Below the pieces are notes generated by a model. It saw nothing but the letters and a program-made list of their open reading frames with translations. It had not been told where the DNA came from and ran no database searches. Positions 12,901 to 25,700 of a DNA stretch of 64,000 nt are shown piece by piece. The position numbers were made by a program, and so were the translations under genes. Position 1 is the stretch's first letter, and the number at the start of each line of letters is the position of its first letter. The stretch comes from Takakia lepidozioides (Eukaryota > Plantae > Bryophyta), in the NCBI GenBank assembly GCA_030704615.1, contig CM060734.1:49972001-50036000 (forward strand), written 5' to 3'.

Positions 12901-14805
12901 GGCGGCATACACTGTGGGAAGGCAGTCAGTCAATGCTGCAACCATGGAGTACTGTCTACTTAAAGGAAAGTCAGCAGCACATCGTCCTCAAATTGTAAGC
13001 ATCTTTCACCATCCTCATCATATAGGATAGGATAGGTTAGGATATTGCCTCATGGACTACTCAAGTTTGAGGGTGTTCATGCCTGCCTGCCTTTGAAAAG
13101 CATGTCACCATCCTCCAAGCTTCTGGTAGTCTGCATGCAAACTCTGGAGTCCTTGTGAGGTGCAAAACCTTAAGATTCTTTGAATTCCAATGAGCATAAT
13201 CTCACGAGGAAAAGATGGAGCAAATCTGTGTAAGAAATGGCATTTTTTAATCAGATCCTTGCAAATTTTTAATAAAAAAATGTGGGTCTTCATGCATGGA
13301 AGCAGACGCTGTTGATGGCTCTTCATAAGAATAAGCTGACGGAGGAGCTAAACAAGTTTGCCATAGATCATGTAGAGCCTCTGGTCAATTTTGCTCTTTG
13401 TTGCGGCACACGATCCTCCCCCATGGTACGTTTCTGTGCCTCAATAAATTTCTCAGTTTCTGTGGTTCTACTTTGTTGTTTTAGTTGTCCCTTGGCAGAC
13501 TGTAATTTTCTGTCTTTCATTCTTATAGAGAATTGTGAACCACACCAATAATGAAACACAGTGGTCCAATTTAAAATCTTACTCATCCATGGAAAACCAG
13601 AAATGTTGAAGCCATGGTGGCAGTACCTTAATTTAGGGAGGTTGATGAGGTCAATAGGGCTCAGTTAGAGAGACTTTGCTAACTTCTAATGGTTACAAAG
13701 CCTGTCTTTATGGGATTAATGTTATTAACGTTAATAGCCTAATATTATTTTACAGCTGTGGCTGGCGGTGGCTTAGTTGAGCAGGCAGCCCAGAGGTGCC
13801 TTGCCTGTGCATAACCAGGGTGATCCTGCATTCAATCCTTCAAATTGTTCGTTTAACTGTCCGTTGCCTCGATAAGCTGTGCATTGAGCATGCTCAATAT
13901 CCAGAATGTCAGTCCTCCATTGTAGTTGTTAAAACTTCTATCATTAGATTAATGGTGACTGTGATACCTGATGTTCAAGTTAGTTGTAAATTTACACTGC
14001 TGTGTTCCAACTCCATGAAAAAGATGTAGTCCAGGTTACATGCTAATGAATAGAGTTTGTAGGATCCATTTTAAAGAATGTTCGTGGCAGAATAATAAGT
14101 CGAAATTAGTGAAGCTTCGCATATATTTAGATCTTTTGTTGATTGCAAGGTTGATGGTCTGACTCTAATTTCTGTAATGTTTGCTTCAATTTCCAGAGTT
14201 GACCTCCTTTTCCTTCCATCCAAATCCGTCAGAATGGATTAGAACCTTTTACCTGCTGGCATCAACTCCATATCTCTTGCATGAAGAGATTTTAAGTGCT
14301 TGCAAATTGTAAGTGGGTACCTGCCTTAGCATGAGTCATAAGAGTGGCCCATATTGTCTGCCATTGATGTCTTTCACTGTGAATCAATACCTTCAGTCCG
14401 ACCCTTATACTTTTGTCTCCACATAGATTAAATAGAACAGAATAGCTGACGTGTATTGGTGGGGCTGATCTCCAGGTCCGTATCTACACACCAGATCATG
14501 TGCATGAGCAGCTCGAATGTGCAGTCCAGGACTACACACGGGCTTCTGTGGGTATATCTGCCAAGGGAAAGCTCCTAGTGCCCAGGCTACTATACTCCTA
14601 TGCACATGACCTTGTAGATGACAACTCCCTCTTAGACTGGGTGTGCAACCTCCTTCCAAGCCCCCAAGTTGCAGTAATCTTTGATTGCATACAGCAACGG
14701 CGCCATCAGATCATCAGCTCCCGCAACTTTTCAGTTGTTCCATTTGATTTCACGTTTCGGTATCTTTTCTCTGCTGATATCAGTAGGAGATTCTTACTAT
14801 TGTGA
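6932..14805 (+). CDS. Ternary complex factor MIP1 leucine-zipper / DUF547 domain protein (multi-exon; internal exon bounds approximate)
   Basis: GT-AG exons encode LHKRLQEEVKLRIAFERAM and DLLADIAVLEVAVLKLEEQ (Lzipper-MIP1), PNLLSERMVGCMGNIYCHL, EKLAFWINVYNALLMHAFLAYGIP, AAYTVG, EPLVNFALCCGTRSSPMVRIYT, GKLLVPRLLYSY and PFDFTFRYLF (DUF547); stop at 14803-14805. Confidence 0.9.
9531..9639 (+). mobile_element. 3' end of a non-LTR retroelement (SINE/LINE) with a (CATTT)3 tail, intronic
   Basis: ~105 bp closely similar to the reverse complement of 44973-45080; ends aagcaccatttcatttcatttc. Confidence 0.65.
10382..10441 (+). mobile_element. 28-bp extreme 5'-truncated copy of the same (CATTT)n element with a 16-bp target-site duplication
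   Basis: tctccaagttgatgtt (10382-10397 and 10426-10441) flanks ataaagcaccatttcatttcatttcctt. Confidence 0.75.
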
Positions 14806-17027
14806 CCAGTGCCACCATCAAGTATTAGAAGATTTTGTTTGATGCATGCAGGGGAGACGGTCATCCGAAGTTTTCCTAAGAGGTATGTCCCTTTCTGGTG
14901 GAGTGAGATCGACGAGCTGTCGACTTTGTATAATGCACTGTAGATAACCGGGAAGATGTGGAACCAAGAGTCTGCATTGTGGCATCCATGCAGATCATTG
15001 CATGCATTTGCCCCCTATTACCTTTTCATAGTGTATGCTGTACAGATGGTGTTTTATTTGACTGCAACAGGAAGTAAAACAAAAGCCCCAGTTTCTTGTG
15101 CACAGCTCTCTGTACATTTTTCCTCCCCTTGCTCTTGCTATGTCAAAGGTGATTTGGCTACTGAGGCCTATGGAAAGTGAGCTGAAGTTTTTCTTATATT
15201 GGCCTCCGAGCATCTTGGATTAAGTAAGCTCTATCATGAATCGCTGGTCACCGCATGGAGGATTGTCAACAGGTGGTCTGTTATGTGGCTCTTAAAACTC
15301 TATCTTATCTCATTCTCTTTCTAGCAATCAGATAGCTGGTGTGCATATTCATCATCAACTTTGCAAACTGATTTCTGTTGACCAGCTTCATGTTGTCCAA
15401 CATTACCATGTCCTCTCTCTCCACGACCATTTCACGGATTCAAGATGACCTGATGAACTTGAAGGCCTTTGCTCAAAGCCTTCAAATTGAAACCCTGCTT
15501 GACCAAGGGACTTGCCATTTGGGCTACCTGCCAAGTTGCTCAAAACTATTGGTATGCCTCTCACCTTCCATTGCAAAGACCCGGGCATCTTCCTTCTCTA
15601 GCACTACTTAGTAGGTGGTGTTATCCAACTGCAAGGAATGTTTCTAGATCAGGAGGGTGGCCCGTAAGAAAAATCCTGGAGTAAGCCTACACATCAAGAT
15701 CACCTTCTGAAACTGACACAATCCTCAAAGGGAAGACAGCTTGAAGTGTGGAGAAGTAGTAACAAGCAGGTATGCATGAACTTAGATTCAAATTAGGCCG
15801 CAACAGAGTGGAGAGAAGAATACCAAGGGAAATGTCCACCTACCAGAAAAAGGGCCAGAGAGTGAAATCCAGATGGAACACAACTAAAGATGGCATACTG
15901 CCAGCATGGCTATGACCTACTGCTACATCACCATCGCTCATCCTAACTCTGCCCACCTCGCCCTTTCTTCCCATCATCCAGATGGAAGATGCATTGGATC
16001 AAGGAAGATTTACACTTGATCGACTATGAATAAATGCAATTTGAATCTGACATTCCAGTCACTAGAAAGACTAATCTCTGTCTCCCACAGCTCTCTCGCT
16101 GACCTCTCTTGTGTGAGTTTCCCCCTTCAATCAGACAGTATGCCCCAACCTTTGGTCTTCAACCTCTAAGATGAGTGCCGGGACAAGTAGCCAGATCTGA
16201 GTGGACATGTCTGCTGTACCCACAGAATTACAGTATTGTAGCTATAAGAGGTAATTCATGGTGACTGAGATGCATACAGCCTGCACCAACAAATGAATCA
16301 ATAGATCAAGTTTATATACAAGGATAAACCAGAAAAAATGGTAACATAAACAAGTCCACTATCACTAGTTACAGGGTATAATACTTGGTATACAGCCCCA
16401 GCAAATTTACACCAAATCACAGCTTGTCGCGCATGACTCTCCCGTCAACTTTTAATGTGCTAAAAACCCTAGCCCTAGCAGCCAAAATAGATCCAAATGA
16501 GTCTAAATATTTTATCTTACCCCAAACTAGATGTAATGGATCATATGGACTGTGTCTTACTTCAGCTTTAAGCCCAGTCTGCATTGCTTATACTGAGCCC
16601 AACAGTCAAGTGAAATACTTTCAGCCCACTCTGGACTCCATACAATATTTCCAAATAATTTGTACATATATGAACAAAGGGTCAATAGTACTTGCAGGTC
16701 TGCATGATGCCCACAGTGTTGAGGGGAGTCGGTCTGTCACTCAGACCCTTGTATCCTGGCAAGCAAGAGTAAGCACCTGTACACAGCCAATTTGTGTGTC
16801 CTCAAGGTGTGGACAGGTTTGTGACGCCTGAAACCATAATGCATGATGCATGTTGTCGCAATAGCTGGGCCTTCTTCTTCCTTCAAGAACCCAATCTGTG
16901 CCATTTCCAATATGGTAATTACCATGTACAAAGTAATTCATGAATGTCAAATCTCACCCGCAAAGCGCCAGACTTTGAGCTGGAACCCTAATCTCGGGAG
17001 AGAGCTCTAGCAATGGCCACGAAAATA

Positions 17028-18026
17028 TCATGTCTGCTTTTGCTCCCGCCCCTTTTTGGATCGCAACTGCCTCAGCTCATCGCGGAGCTTAGCTGCATCA
17101 CTATACCGCTCTTCCACCGCCGCAATTACCATGCTGCGCACCAACAGAAACTCCTCTGCAGCCGCACAAGAATCTGCCTCTGGCCTGTCCAATTCTGTGA
17201 GCATCGGCCCTGCATTAGAACGTGAAGTGGGAGAGGGAAGCCTGGCAGGGTCGCTCACAACGAGCACTCCATCACCGTAAGCTAGCTCCCTGTTCACTTG
17301 AATTGGGATCTTGCAACGAACTGCCAGGTTAATAGCATCAGATGGCCGCAGGTCCAAGCTCACGATTTTTTTTTTCTCGTCACCCTCCTTTGCAAGATAG
17401 AGGCGAGCATAGTAGGCCTCATGTACTCTGCGTGTCACCCGAACGAGCTTGGCCTGATAGCCCATGAGATCCACCATCTCCTTCATTACTTGATACACAG
17501 TGGGCCTTGCGACTTGGACACTCCGCACGGCCTCTATGAGCATGGTACTCGGCAATTCTAACACAATGATGGGGAGCAGAAGGCTCGAGGCATCGTCCAT
17601 TCGCAGTACTATGGCTGGCTGAGGTCCATAATCAGGGAGATGGCTCCCATCAGGCTTGTTGTGCACGCACTTGACAAAGTGGCCATCTTTCATCTTGATC
17701 ATGAATCCCTCCGGTCCACTCTTCACCTCCACAGCTTCCAAGACACTTGAGTCGATATAGTCTTCATCGTTCTCACTGAAGCCCGCGTCGGCAGTGCTGC
17801 CATTGTTGAAAGACATGCTAGAATTGCAGGCTGGAGTTTGCCTCACATCCACAGAATTCCCTGGTCTGAAGGAGGAAGGCACGGCAAAGAACGCCCCGCC
17901 TGGTTTGTTGCTTCTCAATGAACTACCCCTCGCCCACGCCACTGCCACTGACAGGTTGTGACGCAGCCCTACAGATGCATGACTCTGCATCAGGCTCATA
18001 GCCGCTGTCTGCGTCAATGTCGCCAT
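17028..18026 (-). CDS. BBD: Bifunctional nuclease (DNase/RNase, DUF151) with a C-terminal UVR-like motif; intronless CDS; likely transit peptide
   Basis: 332-aa ORF with FSENDEDYIDSSVLEAVEV, LPDYGPQPAIVLRM, LLLPIIVLE, RPTVYQV, VRVTRRVHEAYYARLYL, DLRPSDAINLAVRCKIPIQVN and AAVEERYSDAAKLRDEL. Confidence 0.93.
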   Translation of the reverse strand: MATLTQTAAMSLMQSHASVGLRHNLSVAVAWARGSSLRSNKPGGAFFAVPSSFRPGNSVDVRQTPACNSSMSFNNGSTADAGFSENDEDYIDSSVLEAVEVKSGPEGFMIKMKDGHFVKCVHNKPDGSHLPDYGPQPAIVLRMDDASSLLLPIIVLELPSTMLIEAVRSVQVARPTVYQVMKEMVDLMGYQAKLVRVTRRVHEAYYARLYLAKEGDEKKKIVSLDLRPSDAINLAVRCKIPIQVNRELAYGDGVLVVSDPARLPSPTSRSNAGPMLTELDRPEADSCAAAEEFLLVRSMVIAAVEERYSDAAKLRDELRQLRSKKGREQKQT

Positions 18027-19979
18027 CTTCCCTCCGCCTGTTCACGCACTCGCGCAGTAGACCTCCACATACACGGGATGCCACAAGCCGCAATTCTAAT
18101 CCTTCTCACAGCATCTTCAAAGAAACTGAAAGCAAAGAAAGAGGGAAAGAATCAGACGCCTGCTTACGGGAAGTCTGCTCAACCAAAATGGAACTGTAAA
18201 AACAAGAACACCTGAAAGAATTCTCCTACAACTCGTTTCCACAGCATCCTCCACTTTTGGATTGGATCTTTCGTATGAATCTCTCAATACAGCTTCCTCC
18301 ACAAAACAAAAACTCCACCAAAAGTGGCAACACGCATACCAGACCGTCTGTTACCTTAAGGCCGCCTCTTCACAAAATCCACAACCAAACGGGAGAAAAT
18401 ATGTAACATTCACAGCCTCACACAAATCTCTTGCTTGTTCTTTCTTTCTTTCTGCAGCAGCTCAAGGCGTCCCGAGGCACACCCCGCACGCACAAGAGTG
18501 CACACGAAGGTGTCGGCGATGGCGCGTTCACGCGACAGCCTACCTTGCCGACGAAGGCGGGCGGGACGGAAAAAATCATCCACTTATGGACACAGTTCAT
18601 CCTCATCAGATGTTAAATATCCACGTATACAAACGATGACGACTAGTCGTTTCGACGACATCCATCCGTTCTTTCACTGGGCTGCGCCCTCGTCACCGTA
18701 TGTGTTCAGCCTACGACTCTGGTTGCTCAACCTCAGTCGATCGCTAAGTTTAGGATATTTTCAGATGGTCTGTATGGCTCTACAATAGGTACAATTTGTT
18801 TTTAACTTTCAGCTATTGTTTCCGTAGTTTTGTTCCGATAGCCATTCTTGTTTTGCATGTTGGTCATCTCGGTTGCTTGGGGTCCTTTCCATCATTTTGT
18901 AGTCGCCTTGCTTTGGTGGCTCTGCCTTCCTAAGGCAGGACTACGCAAAGGGTTCAGCTGCTTATCGCTGCTTCAGCACCGATACTTTCGATTACACTTC
19001 CGTAATGAATTTTTGGAAAAAATCCTTTGTATTTTGTGGGGCCTTATACTTGTGAACACCACTCTAGGGTTACGTGCAGGGACGTTCACGAGTGGAACGC
19101 ACTCGCCAGGCTGTCAGCGTGCGTTGCGTTACAACGCACTCCTTTTACCCCCTCCAATCTTTCCCTCTTCTTTTCGACTTCTTCCCCCTTCCTTCTGATT
19201 TCTTTCTGTTTCCTTCTCATTTGCTGGAAAGATGATAGAGATAAAGAGGGAGGACCAAAAATTCTTTACGTATGGTATAATACCAAGTTTACAGTGGCGA
19301 GAACATGGAACCACCAAGCCCAGGTGCTTTACCCTATACAATTCGATCAAGACAGTTGCCACCAGAATATTCCGTCCATATTTCTAATGAATGACATCCC
19401 CTGGATGAACAGTTCATGGTCAGAACCAGTTTTGTTTAAAGGTCTGGAGTTCAACTTCTTCTGCATGCCATAAATGAGGATATTACTGTGCGTGCCACCC
19501 GGGTGATTTAGGGCTCAAATCCTGTTACCGCGATATTTATTAATGAACATTGTGTGATCTTCCAGATTTTTATTATTTATTCATAATTACTAGAGGGCAG
19601 GGCTTGCATGAATTGCATGCATTTGTTTTTTTTTTTGTTTTCTTCAAATTTAAATAATAGGTTATGTTGTTTCAAGACTCTACTCGGTTGTGCAACGATG
19701 CCATGTCAATGACGACCCCCCCTTACACAGGTCTGCCTTAAGCTCCATTTCCTTCGACAATAATACAGTAAGCAATTACAGCATACGCATTGTTCTATGC
19801 AAAGGGGGGACATAGACGAATTGGTGGAGAGTGGAGGGCAGTATGGTCTTCAATTCCATTCCAGGGAGGAGCGTTGCATGTGATGTGATTTGGGGAAAAA
19901 TTGATGCAGGGGTGTGCCGCAAATTGTGCTCACTTTTGGGTTACATGGCACTGGATGCCTCAACATTAAAGCGGAGGAC

Positions 19980-20440
19980 AAAGACACATGGAATTTTTCA
20001 AAGCCTTATGGCTCACTTTCAAAAGATGATTTCATATATGGCAAATGACATTCTTAGCAAAAGATTTTTGTCTTCCCAAATGTATGAAAGATTTATCACT
20101 TTCATATTCAAGAAGAGGGACAGACAGATAATCACAAGCTATCATCATATCATTTTGCTAAACTTTATTTAGAAAATCAAAATCATGGCAAAAAAACCAC
20201 TGCTTCCCACGATCAATAGGAAGGATCAAACGGACTTTCATAAAGATTATTTGATTATGGACAACATTTTACTCACCCATGTAGCCTTGCATATGGCTAA
20301 GAGCAATAATCAGCCTCTAGTGTTCCTCATGCTAGACTTTGCGAAGGCTTTCAACTCTATTGATTGGAATTTTGCTGTGAGAACCTTGGCTAAGGCTAGC
20401 TTTTCAAGGACCTTTCTAGACCTTTTTGAGATTGCTGCTA
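19980..20440 (+). mobile_element. Degenerate L1/Tx1-type LINE reverse transcriptase fragment
   Basis: FITFIFKKRD..I.LLN, DQTDF..IMDNILL, LMLDFAKAFNSIDWNF; contains an internal stop. Confidence 0.8.
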
Positions 20441-20759
20441 GATTGATTGGGACTCATCATGTCTCAAATTCAATCGATCTCCTTGCGGCTTCAATAAACT
20501 TGCAAGATGACCACATCTCTATCCAAACTAGCTCTGCATCCGCTTACGGAAAAGCTTTGGCCTACAAGAATGATGGAAGACTATAGAGAAAGGAAGCTAA
20601 AGCAATCTCTAAGCCCAGATGGCTTATTTGCCGCAATTCCTTGTGGACCAATTCTCAACTGCTTGAGCATGACCTCACGACCTAAGTTAATAGTATTGTA
20701 GTTAGCTGGCTTCAAAATCTGTCAGCCAATCTCCCTGGATGAATCCAATCCAGTGTTAA

Positions 20760-21577
20760 CCCTTAAGTTCCCAAGCGACCTGAATCGGGTCACTTTGAAT
20801 TTGAGGTTCGATCTAATTTTTGCAGATCTAATCTGATGGGGCCCACTCCTGAAGCTTTAATGATAAGGGATTTGTCTCGAGTATGATGCAAAAAACAAAA
20901 CTAAAAAAAACAAAAGTTGCGACCTACAAAAAATATCTTAGATCTCATTTTTACGTTTTGGGCCTGAAAAGGGCTTGTTTGACTGCTGATGTGGCAGGTA
21001 AACAAGCCCAAAACATATTGCACTCCAAATGCCATTTTTGGCAGAAAATTAGCAATTTTGGGAAAAAACACTTCACCATCTGGTATGTGAGCATTACATA
21101 CACACATCCACCATTGGCTTTCAAAAAATTTGTAGAAAAAAAAAATACTTAATTTGGAGGCACATTTTCTCTTGTCAATTTTGAGATTTCAACCCCCATG
21201 TAATTGCATGCATAACAAGCATAGGTGAAAAAATCAGTTGGACCTGCAATTTAGTGGGGTCATAGCCACTCCACTATTGATTTGGAAATGGTGGGTCTTG
21301 GGGCAAGCAAAATTGGATAAAGCTAGGTTTTGATTTGGTCAAACCAATTTCTTTCTCACTTTTTCTTTGGGACCTGATATTTGAGGTTTGGGCCAACGCT
21401 ATAATCTCACAATTTCCATGGTGGACTTGGCTAATTTTATGGTATGTCATGCATAAATGCCCACTACTATAAGGCTGGAATTTCTGGATGATTTTTGGTA
21501 GGTTTCTAGGGGCAATTTACCGCAGCTGGGTACCCAAAATAGGTAAAAAGTCAAATGAGGGCTTGGGAACTTAAGGG
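20760..21577. mobile_element. Non-autonomous piggyBac-like DNA transposon (MITE), 818 bp
   Basis: Perfect 17-bp TIRs CCCTTAAGTTCCCAAGC / GCTTGGGAACTTAAGGG, flanked by TTAA at 20756-20759 and 21578-21581; no coding capacity. Confidence 0.8.
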
Positions 21578-22786
21578 TTAAGAATTAATTTTTTCACACC
21601 GTGGATGCCTGTTAGAGCAGCCAAAAGCATTTTTCCTTCCCTCTTTTGGCTCACAGATTGCTGAAGAATGGGTTAAAATCCCCATTTCCTCCATCTCAAG
21701 CAAAGTGATGATTAACAGATTAATCCCTAACATATATAGGCCGCAATTTGTTCTAATGTACAATGAACTGATCAGTTATTCGACATTAACATTAAAGCAA
21801 GTGTGATGTAGTCATCATTTAAAAACAATCTACAATACATTATCAGCCCTTCAACTCTGGTTGACATTGATTATTGCGCTTATATCCTGTACACGGAAAT
21901 CGCATAAGCTATTAGATTGTAACATTACTGAAGATTTGTGTATAGTAACTGCAATGATGAACTCGTCGGTCACCACCAGCTGGGAGTTCAAAATGGTCAT
22001 AATACTTCAAAACATCAAAATTTGGTCAAGAATTTAAAAACCTAAATCTAGATTCTTACGGGTTAAGCGTAGATGTCCTCTTGTAAATTCACTTGTAAAT
22101 GGAAGTACAAAAACTATGAATATTATGTAATTTGTATAGTGGGTTCTAGGATTGTCACATGATGTACTATGTAGAGTACAAAATGTTATAAGGTCAGCAA
22201 ACAGAATTGAGAAGATCGGCATCAGTTCACAGATGGTACGTACCTAGTATACGAAATCAGAATTATCCCTTTAGCAAGATCTGCAATGTCATCAAAAGCC
22301 TGTTGGGATAGATCGAAAGTTGCTTGACAGCCAAGGCATTGCTTCACAACCCTAATAGTTATGGATCTTGTGGATTTGCATGGCACACCATCGTTTGCTC
22401 CACCCTTGCAAGTTATGCTATAGTAATTTCCACAAGCATTACCATCGTCCAAATGAATATTAATAGAAAATGTAACACGTTAGCAGATTGTGGAGTATAT
22501 TATAGAGAGTATATATATTGCCTCAAGACTATATAACAACATGAAGTATTAGTACTTTAAGTTTGATTCTCAACCATTATGATGGTTTGTATGTAACCTC
22601 CAAAGACCGTAGTTGTAATCTATCGTTGAAAGCGAACACTCTCTAGATCTTTCTCTCTGTGATCTTCTGACATCACATGAATTATAATAGTGCATGAACC
22701 CTTCCCTCGTCCACACATCAGATATCTGGTCGTCACAAATACACCTACTCTGAATTAGTTGTGTCAAAATATATCGAGGTTGTGTA

Positions 22787-25700
22787 TGTCAAGGACGAGA
22801 ACATGATTGAACACAAACAAGAGATAAAGACTAGAGGTACAAAGCTAGACAAGAAGTCAAGGTCGGCGTGGCCGAATGCACAATGAGTAAATGTAACACC
22901 CAAGATCTACACAAACTAGAATAGAAGTACTTCTCAACTTTTTCCCAAAACAACTCGATGCCTTCTAGGCTTTCATTGCAAGTTTATATACCCTTCACAA
23001 TATGATTATTTTAAAGGTTTGACTTGAAAGCCTCAAGTCAAAGCTTCCTAAAGTCAACCTTCCTAGGTTTTACATATTCTCCACAATATGACTTTATCAA
23101 AGATACTTGCTAAAGTCAACCTTCATAGGTTTGACATATTCTCTACAATATGACTTTATCAAAGATTTGACATACTCTCCATAATATGAATATCTTAGAG
23201 GTTTGACTTGAGAGCCTCAAGTCAAACTTCCTTAAGTCAAACTTCTTAGGATCCTTCCTAGTTATTCTGGAAACTTGTAGGGAACTTTCCTCCTCCATCT
23301 AGAACCTTCTAGATTCTACCTTGTTACAATCTTTCCCTCTTTCAAGAAGCAACGTCCTCGTTGTTCGAATTTTCAAAAGCTTGAATTGTCAATCGAGCAT
23401 TTGCGAGATTTTGCATCGGTTCCCAAGTAGCTTCATATAATGGAAACCATTTTCATAAAACCAAATACTCTAACACCTCATGTCGTCCTCGTTTGTATGT
23501 GCGTTAAGGAAAATCATGGAAAGGGGGTTGATTTAAGTCCATAAAATTTTTATACTATCGTTATGGCGCACCATCACTACTATCTATTCAACACTTAAAA
23601 ATATTAACAACAAAAATCTCTAAAAAAAAAACATCTTAATCGAATCCTCCGAAAGAAGGTATTCACTCCCAACTTTAAGAAAGACTGGGCTCTAATACCA
23701 TTATAACACCCAGGATCTACACAAACTAGAATAGAAGTACTTCTCAACTTTTTCCCAAAACAACTCGATGCCTTCTAGGCTTTCATTGCAGATTTATATA
23801 CCCTTCACAATATGATTATTTTAAAAGTTTGACTTGAGAGCCTCAAGTCAAAGCTTCCTAAAATCAACCTTCCTAGGTTTTACATATTCTCCACAATATG
23901 ACTTTATCAAAGATACTTGCTAAAGTCAACCTTCATAGATTTGACATATTCTCTACAATATGACTTTATCAAAGATTGACCTACTCTTCATAGTATGAAT
24001 ATCTTAGAGGTTTGACTTGAGAGCCTCAAGTCAAACTTCTTTAAGTCAAATTTCTTAGGATCCTTCCTAGTTATTCTGGAAACTTCTAGGGAACTTTCAT
24101 CCTCCATCTAGAACCTTCTAGATTCTACCTTGTTACAGTAAATATGAATCAAGACGATCTTTATAGCAATGAACAAGAATACAAGTTATTGGAACACGAC
24201 TTGAATACTGGAATGCTGGAAACTGGACTGGAGTACCAGATACTGGAAACTGGGCTAGGGTACTGGGAACTGGAAACAAGAGTAGCTTGAACTGGTGTTG
24301 GCGAGACTGAAGAGTGTCCAGTCTCGCCACCTTTATATACTGGCTATTAAGAAGCTTCCCTAAGAAGCTTCCCCTATGGAGGTTGTTTGCTAGAGAAGTT
24401 TCCAATATTAAACAAAGGTTTCTTGATGGAGAAGCTTCCTTAAACAAATGAGGTATCTTGATGGAGAAGTTTCCTCCAAAGGAAGCTTCTTGAGCAGTTT
24501 CCAAGTTACTTTTGATAATTTGGTAAACTCCCGGTAACTTGGTAAGTAATGGTAAATCATGATAGATCATGGTAAATTACGGTAAGTTGTGGTAACTTTT
24601 GGTAACTTGGTAACTTCTGATATTTACTTCTGGTAAGTTCCTCTAGACTATGTCCATGACATCACCCCCTCCTCTAGCGCCAAGTTCCTCGAGGAGCGGT
24701 AAAATCTTGGACTTGCTTAGAATTGGAGAAAATCCAAAATCCGGCGAATGGTACTTGCCAAGTATTCGGCTCTTCGTTCTTGACTCAAATGATTTATAGG
24801 TCCCTGCAACCATCGATAGTGTCCAACACCTTGAACTTGGGACCACACAGTAATCTAAGCATTCTGATTTTCGAAACTGCCTTCAAACATGATTTCGTTG
24901 CCCTCTGGATCCGAAACCTCAACCTCCAACAGAATTATCAGACTTCGAATAGGCTCCACTTGCCGTCGTACGGGGTCTAGACGAGGAAGTACGCGTCGCA
25001 TTGGTGGCCCATCGTCTCGAGAGCGTTGGCGTGATGTTGAAGGTCGTGAGAGTCGGAACGGCTGATCTGGTAACTGGGTAAGCGACAACTCTAATATATC
25101 TGGTTCCTGCGACTCCATACTGTCAATACAAAATGCAAGAGTGCTGGAAGTACAAATGTCCATACCTTGTTTGAAAAGTTGTTTTCCATTCGTCTCCTTC
25201 TTTTATCCGTACAAGGTTATAAGCTCATCTCAAGTCGATTGTGGTGAAAATCTTTGCTCGTCCCAGCTGGTCGAGAAGCCCAGAAATCAGCGGCAACAGA
25301 TAACGATTCTTGATTGTGACTTTGTTGAGACCATGATAGTCGACACACATGCGTAATGATCCGTCGTTCTTTTTCACAAACAAGATAGGCACCCCCGCGG
25401 GTGATTTTGAATGTCGGATGAAGTGCTTTGACAAATTTTCATCAATGTATTCGCGTAATGCAACCAACTCCGTCTGGGATAAATTATAGATTGGGCCAAA
25501 TGGTGGTTGGGCTCATTCTTGTAACTCAATTGCACAGTCATAAGGTCGATGTTCTGGCAATATGTCTGCATTTTTCTTCTCAAAGACATCTTTGAAATCT
25601 TGATATTGAGCGGGTAATGTTGAAGTACCTTTGTTTGTTGTGGTCTTGATCGGAGTTGCATAAAGTGCAAATGCCGCCTCCTTTTTGGTAGCTCTCATAA

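Noticed and set aside
24133-24570. Duplicated 121-145 aa ORFs (also 27294-27659) as a gene pair
   Set aside because: They lie within the two LTRs of the gypsy element and are incidental frames
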